From: Saprospiraceae bacterium
GTDB lineage: Bacteria > Bacteroidota > Bacteroidia > Chitinophagales > Saprospiraceae
NCBI GenBank assembly: GCA_016714785.1
Contig: JADKCC010000057.1
Location: 9,938-73,937 of the forward strand
Direction of reading: 5' to 3'
Length of the DNA stretch: 64,000 nucleotides
Shown here: positions 1 to 9,685 of the stretch, in pieces
How positions within the stretch are numbered: position 1 is the stretch's first letter
How the letters are laid out: each line of letters begins with the position of its first letter
Made by a program: the position numbers and the translations under genes
Notes under the pieces: generated by a model
Told to the model about the DNA's origin: nothing
Seen by the model: only the letters and a program-made list of their open reading frames with translations
Database searches by the model: none

Positions 1-266
1 ATGATGGCATTTTCTACAAAGTATTCCCATAAAGAACTTCTTCTGCCAAAGACATCTCCTGAACCTCCATAAAGTGCTTCTTCCGCTCTTTGAAAATCCA
101 TATAATCAATTTTTTCACCATTGACTTCACCAATGGTTGTCCTGGAACCGAAGCTACCGCTATTGTTTGCACTGGTCATATCCATAATAATAAAACCCGC
201 CAATGCTAATGCCAAAAGGACAATAACAAGCCACATGTGTTTTCTAATCTTTCCTATTAAAGCCAT
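1..266 (-). CDS. PpiD/SurA-like periplasmic peptidyl-prolyl isomerase/chaperone, N-terminal fragment (gene continues beyond window start)
   Basis: The reverse complement starts with ATG at 266-264 and reads MALIGKIRKHMWLVIVLLALALAGFIIMDMTSANN...GEVNGEKIDYMDFQ. A short N-terminus followed by a single TM helix is typical of PpiD-type chaperones. It is absent from the ORF track because it runs off the edge. Confidence 0.5.
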   Translation of the reverse strand, partial: MALIGKIRKHMWLVIVLLALALAGFIIMDMTSANNSGSFGSRTTIGEVNGEKIDYMDFQRAEEALYGGSGDVFGRRSSLWEYFVENAI

Positions 267-516
267 AGTATCCCTATTGATTGTTTATATCTGATATTAC
301 TAATAAATAAATAACTTTACGCACATCATTTTGCGAAAAGCGGCACAAAGGTAAATTATTTAAAGGTATTTCCAAATATCATATCTTATTTTCGAGATAA
401 ATATATGCTTTTTAGTGGATTATCTCTTGATTACACCTTTAAAACCATCAATTCTTTGAAATTTTGGTAATAATTTAGTTTGATATGAGCGTAAAATTGT
501 GTTTTAATATCCTTTA

Positions 517-1326
517 TTAATCCAATTTAAACTTAATTGGTATAGTATATTTTACGTTGACTGTTTGTTGATTTTGTTTACCCGCCACCCATGATGACAA
601 TCCTTTAAGTGCATTTATTGCTGCATGCCCACAACCTCCACCTATATCTCTGGCGATAGTTAGATCTTTCATTTTTCCTTCCTTATCTATTATGAAAGTC
701 AATACTACCGTGCCTTCTATATTGATATCTTTTGCTAGAGATGGGTACTTTAGATGTGAATGTATGTAAGCGATTAAGGTCTTTTGAGTACATATTCTTC
801 TTTCATCTTCTGAAACATTTTGGTTACAACCTATTAAATAAGGCATATTTTCTGCTATAGCCCATATTTTATTGTCTTTTGCTATTTCCTTTAATTCATT
901 ATTGTTACTTGGTATTGTGGGTGATAAGATTGCAGGAGCCTCTATGTTTGGTGTGCCAGTTGTAATTGGATTATTAATCTTATCAATGTCTTCTACAGCT
1001 TCACTTACTGTTACCAATCTTGCAATAATTGGATTTAACTTTTGAATGACTGGTTTTGTAGTGTTTGTTTGCTCGCTGTGTAAGTGCACATCTTGAAAAA
1101 CATTGCTCATTGACAAATCATCCGTTTCATAATAATCGAATTTTGGAATAGTGGATTCATAATTAATTGCAAAATTTGCAAATGAAAGTGCCATGATCAT
1201 TCCTAATTGGAAGTAGATTGGCCTATTTTTATCCCATTTGGGTAGAGCGTATGATGACATAACTTGAATATTTATAAAGGTGAATAATAAATTTAGTAAA
1301 ATATTCAAGTCGCGCGACTTTGTCAC
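517..1326 (-). CDS. TonB-family protein (energy transducer TonB C-terminal domain)
   Basis: The C-terminus reads YPSLAKDINIEGTVVLTFIIDKEGKMKDLTIARDIGGGCGHAAINALKGLSSWVAGKQNQQTVNVKYTIPIKFKL, which matches the TonB_C fold signature. A single N-terminal TM segment is present. The true start may be the internal Met at 1260. Confidence 0.7.
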   Translation of the reverse strand: MTKSRDLNILLNLLFTFINIQVMSSYALPKWDKNRPIYFQLGMIMALSFANFAINYESTIPKFDYYETDDLSMSNVFQDVHLHSEQTNTTKPVIQKLNPIIARLVTVSEAVEDIDKINNPITTGTPNIEAPAILSPTIPSNNNELKEIAKDNKIWAIAENMPYLIGCNQNVSEDERRICTQKTLIAYIHSHLKYPSLAKDINIEGTVVLTFIIDKEGKMKDLTIARDIGGGCGHAAINALKGLSSWVAGKQNQQTVNVKYTIPIKFKLD

Positions 1327-1673
1327 ACTTATAAAAGTTGTTAGGACTATTTATATTTGTGATTCTACTATAAAGATGACACTATGATAATATTTGGTGT
1401 GTAGTTATAATATGGGAATACTATAATTTTCATTTGGCACACTATTTGATTTATATAAAAGAACTAAAAGGTTAGCAAACTACAACGTAACCCATGAAAT
1501 TTTCTTTAAGCCAATAATGAAATATTGAAATTTAATATATTAATTTATAATTGTTTATAAAGCAGTGTTTTATGAAAAATATTATTTCTTAATTTTAATC
1601 TATATTTATATTAAATAAAAAATTATACCAAAATTACCCCTATTTTAATTCCCTTCAAAGCACACTGTCGTTA

Positions 1674-1681
1674 TACCTTTG
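1674..1681 (+). promoter_or_regulatory. Bacteroidota-type -7 promoter box TACCTTTG (TAnnTTTG)
   Basis: Exact match to the TAnnTTTG consensus, about 100 nt upstream of the ATG at 1783. Confidence 0.4.
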
Positions 1682-1782
1682 CGTCATTCCCACTCAAATA
1701 GAGTAAATCTTATTTAAATCTGACCTAAGCCCGAAAGACGCGGGCACGAACTCATTTTTTTATTAACCAAAACATTTTACCC

Positions 1783-4700
1783 ATGGTAAAACAAGATTTA
1801 CTTACCCCGAAAAGGGTGATTCCGGTATTTAGTAATATACTGTTGAGTCTCCTGTTAATTTTTCTTTTCACTTCAAATGGCTTTGGTCAGCTTCAGATTT
1901 CCTGCAATGATAATGTTCAGGTGTCTTTAAACCAAAATTGCGAAGCTATTATTTATCCTTCTATGGTATTGGAAGGCGAAGGCCTTACTGCCGATCTTAC
2001 TCACAGAGTAAAAGTAAGTGGTATTGCAACAACGACGCCTTACTCACACCCTGTTGTTACGGCTCCAGGTAATTACTCAGTTACAATTACCAATAGTACT
2101 GGTAACTCATGCTGGGGAACACTAAAAGTCGAAGACAAATTAGGTCCTGTAGTGATTTGTTTATGTCCAACTGGAAATGTTGATCCTGCATGTGAGATTT
2201 TATGTACAGACGAAGCAGCTTTTTTAGCCGGCACGTTTACTAACTATCCAAAATCTACAGCAGTAGATGCTTGTACTGCAGTGACTACACGTTACTCAGA
2301 TGTTGTTACTGTAAATGGCCTTAATGGCTGTAATGGTAAAATTGTGAGACGTACTTGGGTATTTACCGATGCTTATGGTAATGAAAACAAATCATGCGTG
2401 TCTGAGTACAGAATCAATCCAGCAGATATTGACGATGTAGCATTAGGAGCTCCATACAGTACACCACAAATGTCATGTGGCGCTGATGTTTCTATGGCTG
2501 GTATTTTTGCATTTTATAAAGCAAAATTATATGCCCAGTATTTACCAAGTTATGTAGCATTGGTACCAGGTACTTATGCAACAATAGCAATTGCACAAAA
2601 GGCAGCTGAAAATGCTGCAATAGCTGAAGCATATAGATATGCATATCCTACTATTAATGGTAAACCAATAGATGGTCATGTTTGTAATTTGTTGGCTGCA
2701 AAATCTGATACCGAAGTTAATGTATGTAACCCTTCATGTTCAAACAGTAAAAAAGTAATCAGACTTTGGACTATCCTTGATTGGTGTAGTAGTAGCACAA
2801 GAACCATCACACAAGTCATCAAAGCAACTGATGAGGAAGCACCAACTGTAGCGGCTCAAGATCTAACAGTTAGTGTGGATCCATGGTCATGTTCAGCCAA
2901 TTTCTTATTGCCACTTCCTTCTATCTTACATGACAACTGTGACGCAAATCCAAAATACAGAGTGGAAGTTCCTTTTGGAGTAAGTATCAGATTGGATATA
3001 CCAAGTGGAAGATTCTTAGTGACAGGTGCACCAAAAGGCACTCATACTTTCACTTACATAGCAACGGACTGTTGTGGTAATGAAGGTCGTTATAATGTAA
3101 CTATAACCGTTATAGATAAAACAGCTCCAGTGGCGATAGCTAAACAAAATATAGTAATTTCACTTACAACAGGAGATAATGGTGACGGCATAGCCAAATT
3201 GTTTACTAATTCTGTAGATAACGGCTCTTACGACAGTTGCACTCCAGTTCATTTAGAATTGAGGAGAGAAGAGGATGCTACTAGAGATAATGATGGATGT
3301 GGATACACTGGTAATAAAACTTATAATGACGATGGACATCCATTTGATGGAAGTACTGACCCATCAAGTCCAAGTTACGATACAGATAATGGTGCTTATG
3401 TCAAATTCTGTTGTGATGATATCACGAATACTGAAGGTGCTGTCCCTTATGGTATAGTTAAAGTATGGATGAGAGTTTGGGATGATGGTGATATGAATGG
3501 TGTATTTGGTACTGCTGGTGACAATTATAATGAAACATGGGTGGATGTAAGAGTAGAAGACAAATTAGCTCCACAAATTATTTGCCCACCTACTATTACA
3601 ATCAATTGTGATGATGATAGACACGATCTAGCACTTACTGGTAAGGCACGTGCGTTTTCTAATTGTTTGGACCTAGATGTTGAATATACTGATCGCGATT
3701 TCTTAAGTAATTGTAATGTTGGATATGTTGAGCGTACTTGGAGAGTTAAAAGTAGAAATTCAATTATTTGTACACAATATATTCATTTGAGAAATGTAGG
3801 TGGAGTATTTGGTGAGCAAAATATAGTGTGGCCAAAAGATGTTACTACTGATTGTGCTACTGATGCTGGTCAAACCAAACCAACATGGTCATCAGGTCCA
3901 TGTGATATCATTGGCTTAAGCTTGAAGAGTGATACTTTCTACTTTGAAGGTAATGCTTGTATGAAAATATTGAATAAATGGACGATCATCAACTGGTGTA
4001 CTTATGATCCAAATGCGACTAATCCACTAGGATATTTCAGTCATGTACAAGTGGTCAAAATAATAGATGAGCAAAAACCAGTGTTAGGAAGTTGTTCTGA
4101 TAGAATGTATGAAATCGACGATCACAGTGATGCCGATGGCGATGGCAACAGATGTGAAACCAAAAATTTAATGCTTACCATGACAGCAACAGATCAGGGC
4201 CAATGTGCATCTGATTGGTTGAAATGGATCGCTTTTGTTGACCTTTGGGCTGATGGTACCAATGATTATGAATACTCTTCATTCTTACCATCTACAGATG
4301 TTACATTCAATGATAGCAATGGTAATGGTATCAAAGATGTATATGTATCTGCAACTGGCCAAGGTGGCCAAGTTAAGATCACAATACCTGAAGATATTCA
4401 AGGTAGTATGTCAAATCACAAAGTTACTTGGAAGGTTGTTGATGGTTGTGGCAACGTCACTTCTTGCACTCAAAACTTCATGGTGGTTGATAAGAAAAAA
4501 CCAACACCATACTGCTTAAACATCAGCTCTGCATTAATGTTAAATGGTAAAGTTGAGTTATGGGCAGTGGACTTTAACATAGGTTCTTTCGACAATTGTA
4601 CTTCCAAAGGTAACTTACTTTATACTTTTAACGAAGCAAGTCCTGTAACATCTAAAATCAATCAGGTACACTACTTTAAAGGTAATAGCCAAAATGCTAC

Positions 4701-6108
4701 TGAAGCAGAATACAATGCAGGTACAGCTCAGAAATGGTTGCCAGGTACTAAGAGTTCAGGTATGATCTTTGATTGTGACGATTTACCATCAGTTGATGTA
4801 AAAATGACTGTTTGGGACGAAAAAGGTAATTACGATTTCTGTGTTGTTACACTCGAATTGGCAGATAATCAGGGTGCATGTGGTACACAATTAGTTACTA
4901 CAGTTGCTGGTAAATTGGTTTCTAATAGTGGAGTAAACATTTCAAATGCTGAGATTCTCTTAGAAAATGGAATTCATGATATGGATAAATTGACTTCATC
5001 TACAGTTTCTGGGGATTATAATTTTGCAAATGCAGTAATGTATTATAATTATAATGTCTCAGGTAAAAAAATAGATGATTACCTTAACGGAGTTAGTACA
5101 CTTGACCTTGTGTTGATACAAAGACACGTTCTTGGCTTAAACAAGTTTACAAGTCCTTATGATGTAATCTCTGCTGATATCAATAATGATGGTAAAGTTT
5201 CAGCTGCTGACCTAGTTGAGCTTAGAAAATTGATCCTTGGCATCTATTTAACTTTACCTAAGAATGATAGCTGGAGATTTATGAATGCAGCCAATCCATT
5301 TGCCGATGCAAATAATCCATTCCCTATCAACGAAAAAGTAGCAATATCCAACCTTTCTCATGCCATGACTAATCAAAATTTCACGGCCGTAAAAGTAGGG
5401 GATGTAAATGGTTCAGCAACGGGTAATGCAAATAATGGAAATACTGAAACGCGTAGTGCAGTGGTATTGAATGGTAAGAATACAAAACTTGTTGCCAATA
5501 CTATCCAACCGATCACTTTCGATGCAGACATTAATGAAGTGTATGGTATGCAATTCACATTGACCGTCAACAATGCCGATCTAGTTGACATATATGTAGG
5601 TGATACCAAATTGCCAGATACCAACATCGCAAAAATATCTGACAACAAATATACTGTGAGTTGGAACGATATCACACCTGTTAAAGGTTCTGAAATTCTA
5701 ACAGTAAACGTTGTAACTAAAACTGATATGAATGCATCTGAGATAATATCTATGAGCTCATCTGTAACCAATGCAGAAGTTTATACAGGTGATGAGCTAA
5801 ACACAAGCAAATTGTCCCTAAGATTTGCAGGTGCTGAAAATACTGAAGCATTCGAAGTATATCAAAATGAACCTAACCCATTCAATGATAAAACAACCAT
5901 CACATTCAATTTGCCAGAAGCAGCAAACGCTACCCTAAAAGTGTTCGATGTAAACGGTAAAATGATATATACAACAAATGGATCTTTCGGTAAAGGTATA
6001 AACTCTTTCAATCTATCAAGAACTGAACTTACATCTACAGGTGTAATGATTTATCAGATAGAAAGTGGAGCATATACAGCTACCAAAAAGATGATCGGCC
6101 TCGAGTAA
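1783..6108 (+). CDS. Large secreted Cys-rich cell-surface protein with HYR-like repeats, a dockerin-type repeat and a T9SS C-terminal sorting domain
   Basis: 1441 aa with an N-terminal signal anchor. Modules of the form ...R.W...D.CGN...C.Q.I.V.D...P recur, for example THTFTYIATDCCGNEGRYNVTITVIDKTAPVA and HKVTWKVVDGCGNVTSCTQNFMVVDKKKPTP. A dockerin-like motif is present (ADINNDGKVSAADLVELRKLILG). The C-terminal tail NEPNPFNDKTTITFNLPEAANATLKVFDVNGKMIY is typical of the Por/T9SS sorting domain. Confidence 0.85.
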   Translation: MVKQDLLTPKRVIPVFSNILLSLLLIFLFTSNGFGQLQISCNDNVQVSLNQNCEAIIYPSMVLEGEGLTADLTHRVKVSGIATTTPYSHPVVTAPGNYSVTITNSTGNSCWGTLKVEDKLGPVVICLCPTGNVDPACEILCTDEAAFLAGTFTNYPKSTAVDACTAVTTRYSDVVTVNGLNGCNGKIVRRTWVFTDAYGNENKSCVSEYRINPADIDDVALGAPYSTPQMSCGADVSMAGIFAFYKAKLYAQYLPSYVALVPGTYATIAIAQKAAENAAIAEAYRYAYPTINGKPIDGHVCNLLAAKSDTEVNVCNPSCSNSKKVIRLWTILDWCSSSTRTITQVIKATDEEAPTVAAQDLTVSVDPWSCSANFLLPLPSILHDNCDANPKYRVEVPFGVSIRLDIPSGRFLVTGAPKGTHTFTYIATDCCGNEGRYNVTITVIDKTAPVAIAKQNIVISLTTGDNGDGIAKLFTNSVDNGSYDSCTPVHLELRREEDATRDNDGCGYTGNKTYNDDGHPFDGSTDPSSPSYDTDNGAYVKFCCDDITNTEGAVPYGIVKVWMRVWDDGDMNGVFGTAGDNYNETWVDVRVEDKLAPQIICPPTITINCDDDRHDLALTGKARAFSNCLDLDVEYTDRDFLSNCNVGYVERTWRVKSRNSIICTQYIHLRNVGGVFGEQNIVWPKDVTTDCATDAGQTKPTWSSGPCDIIGLSLKSDTFYFEGNACMKILNKWTIINWCTYDPNATNPLGYFSHVQVVKIIDEQKPVLGSCSDRMYEIDDHSDADGDGNRCETKNLMLTMTATDQGQCASDWLKWIAFVDLWADGTNDYEYSSFLPSTDVTFNDSNGNGIKDVYVSATGQGGQVKITIPEDIQGSMSNHKVTWKVVDGCGNVTSCTQNFMVVDKKKPTPYCLNISSALMLNGKVELWAVDFNIGSFDNCTSKGNLLYTFNEASPVTSKINQVHYFKGNSQNATEAEYNAGTAQKWLPGTKSSGMIFDCDDLPSVDVKMTVWDEKGNYDFCVVTLELADNQGACGTQLVTTVAGKLVSNSGVNISNAEILLENGIHDMDKLTSSTVSGDYNFANAVMYYNYNVSGKKIDDYLNGVSTLDLVLIQRHVLGLNKFTSPYDVISADINNDGKVSAADLVELRKLILGIYLTLPKNDSWRFMNAANPFADANNPFPINEKVAISNLSHAMTNQNFTAVKVGDVNGSATGNANNGNTETRSAVVLNGKNTKLVANTIQPITFDADINEVYGMQFTLTVNNADLVDIYVGDTKLPDTNIAKISDNKYTVSWNDITPVKGSEILTVNVVTKTDMNASEIISMSSSVTNAEVYTGDELNTSKLSLRFAGAENTEAFEVYQNEPNPFNDKTTITFNLPEAANATLKVFDVNGKMIYTTNGSFGKGINSFNLSRTELTSTGVMIYQIESGAYTATKKMIGLE

Positions 6109-6137
6109 CAAACAATTTGCTTAAATTAATTCCTAAA

Positions 6138-6170
6138 GGGGATGCATCCGTCTGGTGCATCCCCTTTTTT
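6138..6170 (+). terminator. Rho-independent terminator after the T9SS cargo gene
   Basis: GGGGATGCA (6138-6146) pairs perfectly with TGCATCCCC (6156-6164) and is followed by TTTTTT (6165-6170). Confidence 0.75.
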
Positions 6171-6183
6171 CATTTTTATTTTA

Positions 6184-6191
6184 TACCTTTG
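6184..6191 (+). promoter_or_regulatory. -7 promoter box TACCTTTG for polA
   Basis: TAnnTTTG match 27 nt upstream of the ATG at 6218. Confidence 0.45.
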
Positions 6192-6217
6192 TAGTCCAAA
6201 ATCAAAACCTATTCGTA

Positions 6218-9019
6218 ATGGAAGACAAGCGACTTTTTCTTCTCGATGGCCACGCTTTAGTATATCGGGCTCATTTTGCATTCATCACTAGACCGTTGAT
6301 CAACTCTAAAGGGCTCAACACTTCTGCTATCACTGGTTTCGTACGCACACTTTGGGATCTTATGGTCAATCAAAAGCCAACACATATTGCTGTAGCTTTT
6401 GATCCTAAAGGTGGTACTTTCAGACATGAATACTATCCACAATACAAAGCCAATAGAGATGCTCAGCCCGAAGATATTACGATTGCTATGCAATATATTC
6501 CTTCTATCATAGAGGCTTTCAATATACCAGTCGTCATGGTACAAAACTATGAAGCAGATGACGTCATAGGCACCTTGGCCAAACAAGCCGAGAAAGAAGG
6601 TTATACTGTTTATATGGTCACACCCGACAAAGACTATGCGCAGTTAGTCTCGCCCAATATATATATGTATAAACCTGGCAGACAAGGCAATGAAGTAGAG
6701 ATTTTAGGTGAAAAAGAAATATTGGCCAATTGGGATATCGAAAAAGTAGAACAAGTCATCGATGTACTTGGACTCCAAGGCGATAGCGTGGATAATATTC
6801 CAGGTGTACCAGGTATCGGACCGAAAACTGCCGTCACTTTGCTCAAAGAATATGGCTCCGTAGAAAACCTAATAGCCAATGCTGAAAAACTCAAAGGCAA
6901 ACAAAAAGAAAATGTCATAAACTTTGCTGATCAAGCGCTATTGTCAAAAAGACTTGCTACCATAGATATTAACTCTCCCATACAGTTTGATGCTACAAGA
7001 TACAACCTTGATCCTATGAATAAGGAAAAACTCAAAGAGATATTCTTAGAGTTAGAATTTAGGACTTTGGCTCAACAGATACTTGGCAACGATGCAATAG
7101 GTACTCCAAAGAATCAGGCTGGTGTACAACAATCACTATTCGGTGACACAGCTGTTACATCAGTTGTACCTAATAAACAAGAAAAGCCCGAATATCAAAT
7201 TGCTAAAAAAAATATTGACAATACCACTCATGTTTATCATCTTGTTCAGTCGGATGAAGAAATAAAGTCTTTAGTCAGTGAACTCAACAAATGGAAACAA
7301 ATAAGTTTCGATACGGAAACCACAGGAATTGATGCACACCAAGCAGAACTGGTAGGCCTGTCATTTTCTGTAAAAGCGGGTGAAGCATATTATATCCCAC
7401 TACCTGCAGATCAAGCACAAGCTATAAATAAATTAGAATATTTCAGAGATATTTTAGAAAATCCATCCATATCCAAAATAGGCCAAAACATTAAATATGA
7501 CATGACCATGATGAAATGGTATGGTATAGAGTTGCAAGGTTTTCTTTATGATACGATGATTACCCACTATCTTTGTGAACCAGATTTGCGTCATAAACTT
7601 GACTATCTGACTGAGTCGTATTTGGATTATAAAATGGTACCTATAGAAGAGCTTATAGGTAAGGGAAATAAGCAGCTGAGCATGAGAGATGTTAGCATAG
7701 ATAAGGTGAAAGAATATGCAGCTGAAGATGCTGACCTAACATTACAGATGGCGCCTGTTTTACAAAAAATGATGGCCGACAATGAACTAAATGACCTTTA
7801 TAAACAAATAGAAGAACCACTGATCAGGGTGCTTTGTGACTTGGAGTACGAAGGCATTAGAATTAATGGGGATTTTCTTAATGAATATTCCAAAGAATTG
7901 GACAAGCTTATCTTAGAAAAAGAACAAGAAATATATCGTAATGCAGGTGTAAAGTTCAATATTTCCTCTCCTAGACAAGTGGGAGAAGTACTTTTTGATA
8001 GGCTCAAGGTACCTTATAGATGGAAAAAAACATCATCTGGACAATACTCTACCGATTTTGACAAATTATCAGAATTGGCTGGCGAACATATAGTCATAGA
8101 TACCATCCTTGAGCATAGAAAATTAAGTAAGCTAAAATCCACTTATGTAGATGCATTGCCTACTATGATCAATCCAAGGACAGGTAGGGTACACAGCAAT
8201 TTCAATCAAGCCAGAGCAGCAACAGGAAGACTTAGCTCTGAAAATCCAAATTTACAGAATATTCCTATCCGAGATGAAGCAGGTAGAGAAATCAGGAAAG
8301 CTTTTATACCTAGAAATGATGATTATATACTATTAGCAGCAGATTATTCGCAAATAGAACTTAGAATCATAGCCGAAATCAGTGATGATCAATCTATGTT
8401 GGATGCCTTCGTTGCAGGCAATGATTTTCATAAAGCTACCGCTGCCAAAGTATATGGTGTTCCTTATGATGAAGTTACATCTGATCAAAGACGAAACGCC
8501 AAAACAGTCAATTTTTCGATTACTTATGGTGCAGGAGCCACAAATTTATCTCGCCAGCTTGGTATTTCTCGAAAAGAAGCTACCGAACTGATCCAAAGTT
8601 ATTTTAAAGAATTTAGTGGTCTAAAAAATTATATGGACACCACGGTCAATTCTGCAAGAGAGTTGGGTTATGTCAAGACGCTTTTAGGAAGAAGAAGAAA
8701 CCTTCGAGATATCAATTCTAGAAATTCACTAACATCATCCAATGCAGAAAGAGTAGCCATCAACACACCCATACAAGGGACAGCCGCAGATATGATTAAA
8801 ATTGCGATGATTAATATTCATAAATCGTTCAAGGAGCAAAGTTTGCAATCAAAAATGGTGCTACAAGTGCATGATGAACTCGTGTTTGATGTGTATAAAC
8901 CAGAATTGGAGATGGTCAAAACCATCATTAGCGACAAAATGCGTTCGGCTATACCCGGACTCAAAGTGCCAATACTTGTCGAAATGGGCGTGGGCAACAA
9001 TTGGCTGGAAGCACATTGA
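6218..9019 (+). CDS. polA: DNA polymerase I
   Basis: Starts MEDKRLFLLDGHALVYRAHFAF (5'-3' exonuclease domain). A 3'-5' exonuclease region follows (ISFDTETTG), then polymerase motifs (DYSQIELR, QVHDELVF). The track ORF start at 6155 lies inside the upstream terminator and promoter, so I prefer the Met at 6218. Confidence 0.97.
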   Translation: MEDKRLFLLDGHALVYRAHFAFITRPLINSKGLNTSAITGFVRTLWDLMVNQKPTHIAVAFDPKGGTFRHEYYPQYKANRDAQPEDITIAMQYIPSIIEAFNIPVVMVQNYEADDVIGTLAKQAEKEGYTVYMVTPDKDYAQLVSPNIYMYKPGRQGNEVEILGEKEILANWDIEKVEQVIDVLGLQGDSVDNIPGVPGIGPKTAVTLLKEYGSVENLIANAEKLKGKQKENVINFADQALLSKRLATIDINSPIQFDATRYNLDPMNKEKLKEIFLELEFRTLAQQILGNDAIGTPKNQAGVQQSLFGDTAVTSVVPNKQEKPEYQIAKKNIDNTTHVYHLVQSDEEIKSLVSELNKWKQISFDTETTGIDAHQAELVGLSFSVKAGEAYYIPLPADQAQAINKLEYFRDILENPSISKIGQNIKYDMTMMKWYGIELQGFLYDTMITHYLCEPDLRHKLDYLTESYLDYKMVPIEELIGKGNKQLSMRDVSIDKVKEYAAEDADLTLQMAPVLQKMMADNELNDLYKQIEEPLIRVLCDLEYEGIRINGDFLNEYSKELDKLILEKEQEIYRNAGVKFNISSPRQVGEVLFDRLKVPYRWKKTSSGQYSTDFDKLSELAGEHIVIDTILEHRKLSKLKSTYVDALPTMINPRTGRVHSNFNQARAATGRLSSENPNLQNIPIRDEAGREIRKAFIPRNDDYILLAADYSQIELRIIAEISDDQSMLDAFVAGNDFHKATAAKVYGVPYDEVTSDQRRNAKTVNFSITYGAGATNLSRQLGISRKEATELIQSYFKEFSGLKNYMDTTVNSARELGYVKTLLGRRRNLRDINSRNSLTSSNAERVAINTPIQGTAADMIKIAMINIHKSFKEQSLQSKMVLQVHDELVFDVYKPELEMVKTIISDKMRSAIPGLKVPILVEMGVGNNWLEAH

Positions 9020-9034
9020 TAATAAAAAGTTGGG

Positions 9035-9592
9035 TTATTTTTTCCACTTAATATTACACCCAGCACCTGGGTATTGTTTTTTAAGAGGAAGTTCATCTCT
9101 AAGTAAGAGCTCAAGCGCTAGTCTTAAGTCTTTACCATTCAACGGCTTTTCATTTCCTGGTCGAGACTCGTCTAGTCTTCCTCTGTAATATAACTGCTCA
9201 TGATGGTCGAAAAGATATATATCAGGTGTACAAGCTGCATCATAAGCCTTTGCTATGTCCTGACTTTCATCATATAAATATGGGAAAGGATACTTCAGGA
9301 CTTTGGCGACGATTTTCATTTTGTCTGGTGCATCGTCGGTATAGTGTATCACATCATTACTACTGATGGCTACGAAACCGATACCCTTTGCCAAATATTC
9401 ATTAGCAATTTTTACAAGTTCTTCATTAATATGGATGACATAAGGACAGTGATTGCACAAAAACATCACAACAGTACCGTTGGCACCTTTTATGGCCGAC
9501 CAAGATAAATGAACTCCGGATATCGTATCAAACAATTCAAATCCGGGAGCCTTGGTTCCAAGATTGAGCATTTTGGATTCAGTAAGAGCCAT
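9035..9592 (-). CDS. Thioredoxin-fold protein (AhpC/TSA-like thiol-disulfide oxidoreductase)
   Basis: 185 aa with a CNHCPY redox motif in the context GTVVMFLCNHCPYV. The length and layout fit the thioredoxin-family proteins common in Bacteroidota. Confidence 0.75.
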   Translation of the reverse strand: MALTESKMLNLGTKAPGFELFDTISGVHLSWSAIKGANGTVVMFLCNHCPYVIHINEELVKIANEYLAKGIGFVAISSNDVIHYTDDAPDKMKIVAKVLKYPFPYLYDESQDIAKAYDAACTPDIYLFDHHEQLYYRGRLDESRPGNEKPLNGKDLRLALELLLRDELPLKKQYPGAGCNIKWKK

Positions 9593-9685
9593 ATTTTATA
9601 TTTTTGATAAATGATTTATAGAAACAATGAATATTTTTAAAGACAAAAAGGTTTTACGTTGATTAAAAATAATAATTGTTTATCA

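Noticed and set aside
2856-5771. Short ORFs inside the T9SS cargo gene (2856-3041, 3275-3457, 4235-4519, 5373-5771)
   Set aside because: They are alternative-frame or antisense ORFs within a long gene that has clear domain structure. Their composition (Met/Leu/Val-rich) is typical of off-frame translation.
6155-6217. N-terminal extensions of track ORFs (polA 6155, S46 23997, pheS 42698, OMP 36391, thioredoxin-SPOR 18330, DUF4625 33567, ArsR 58517)
   Set aside because: The extensions run through terminators, -7 boxes or AT-rich spacers. They precede an internal Met where the homologous N-terminus or signal peptide begins.
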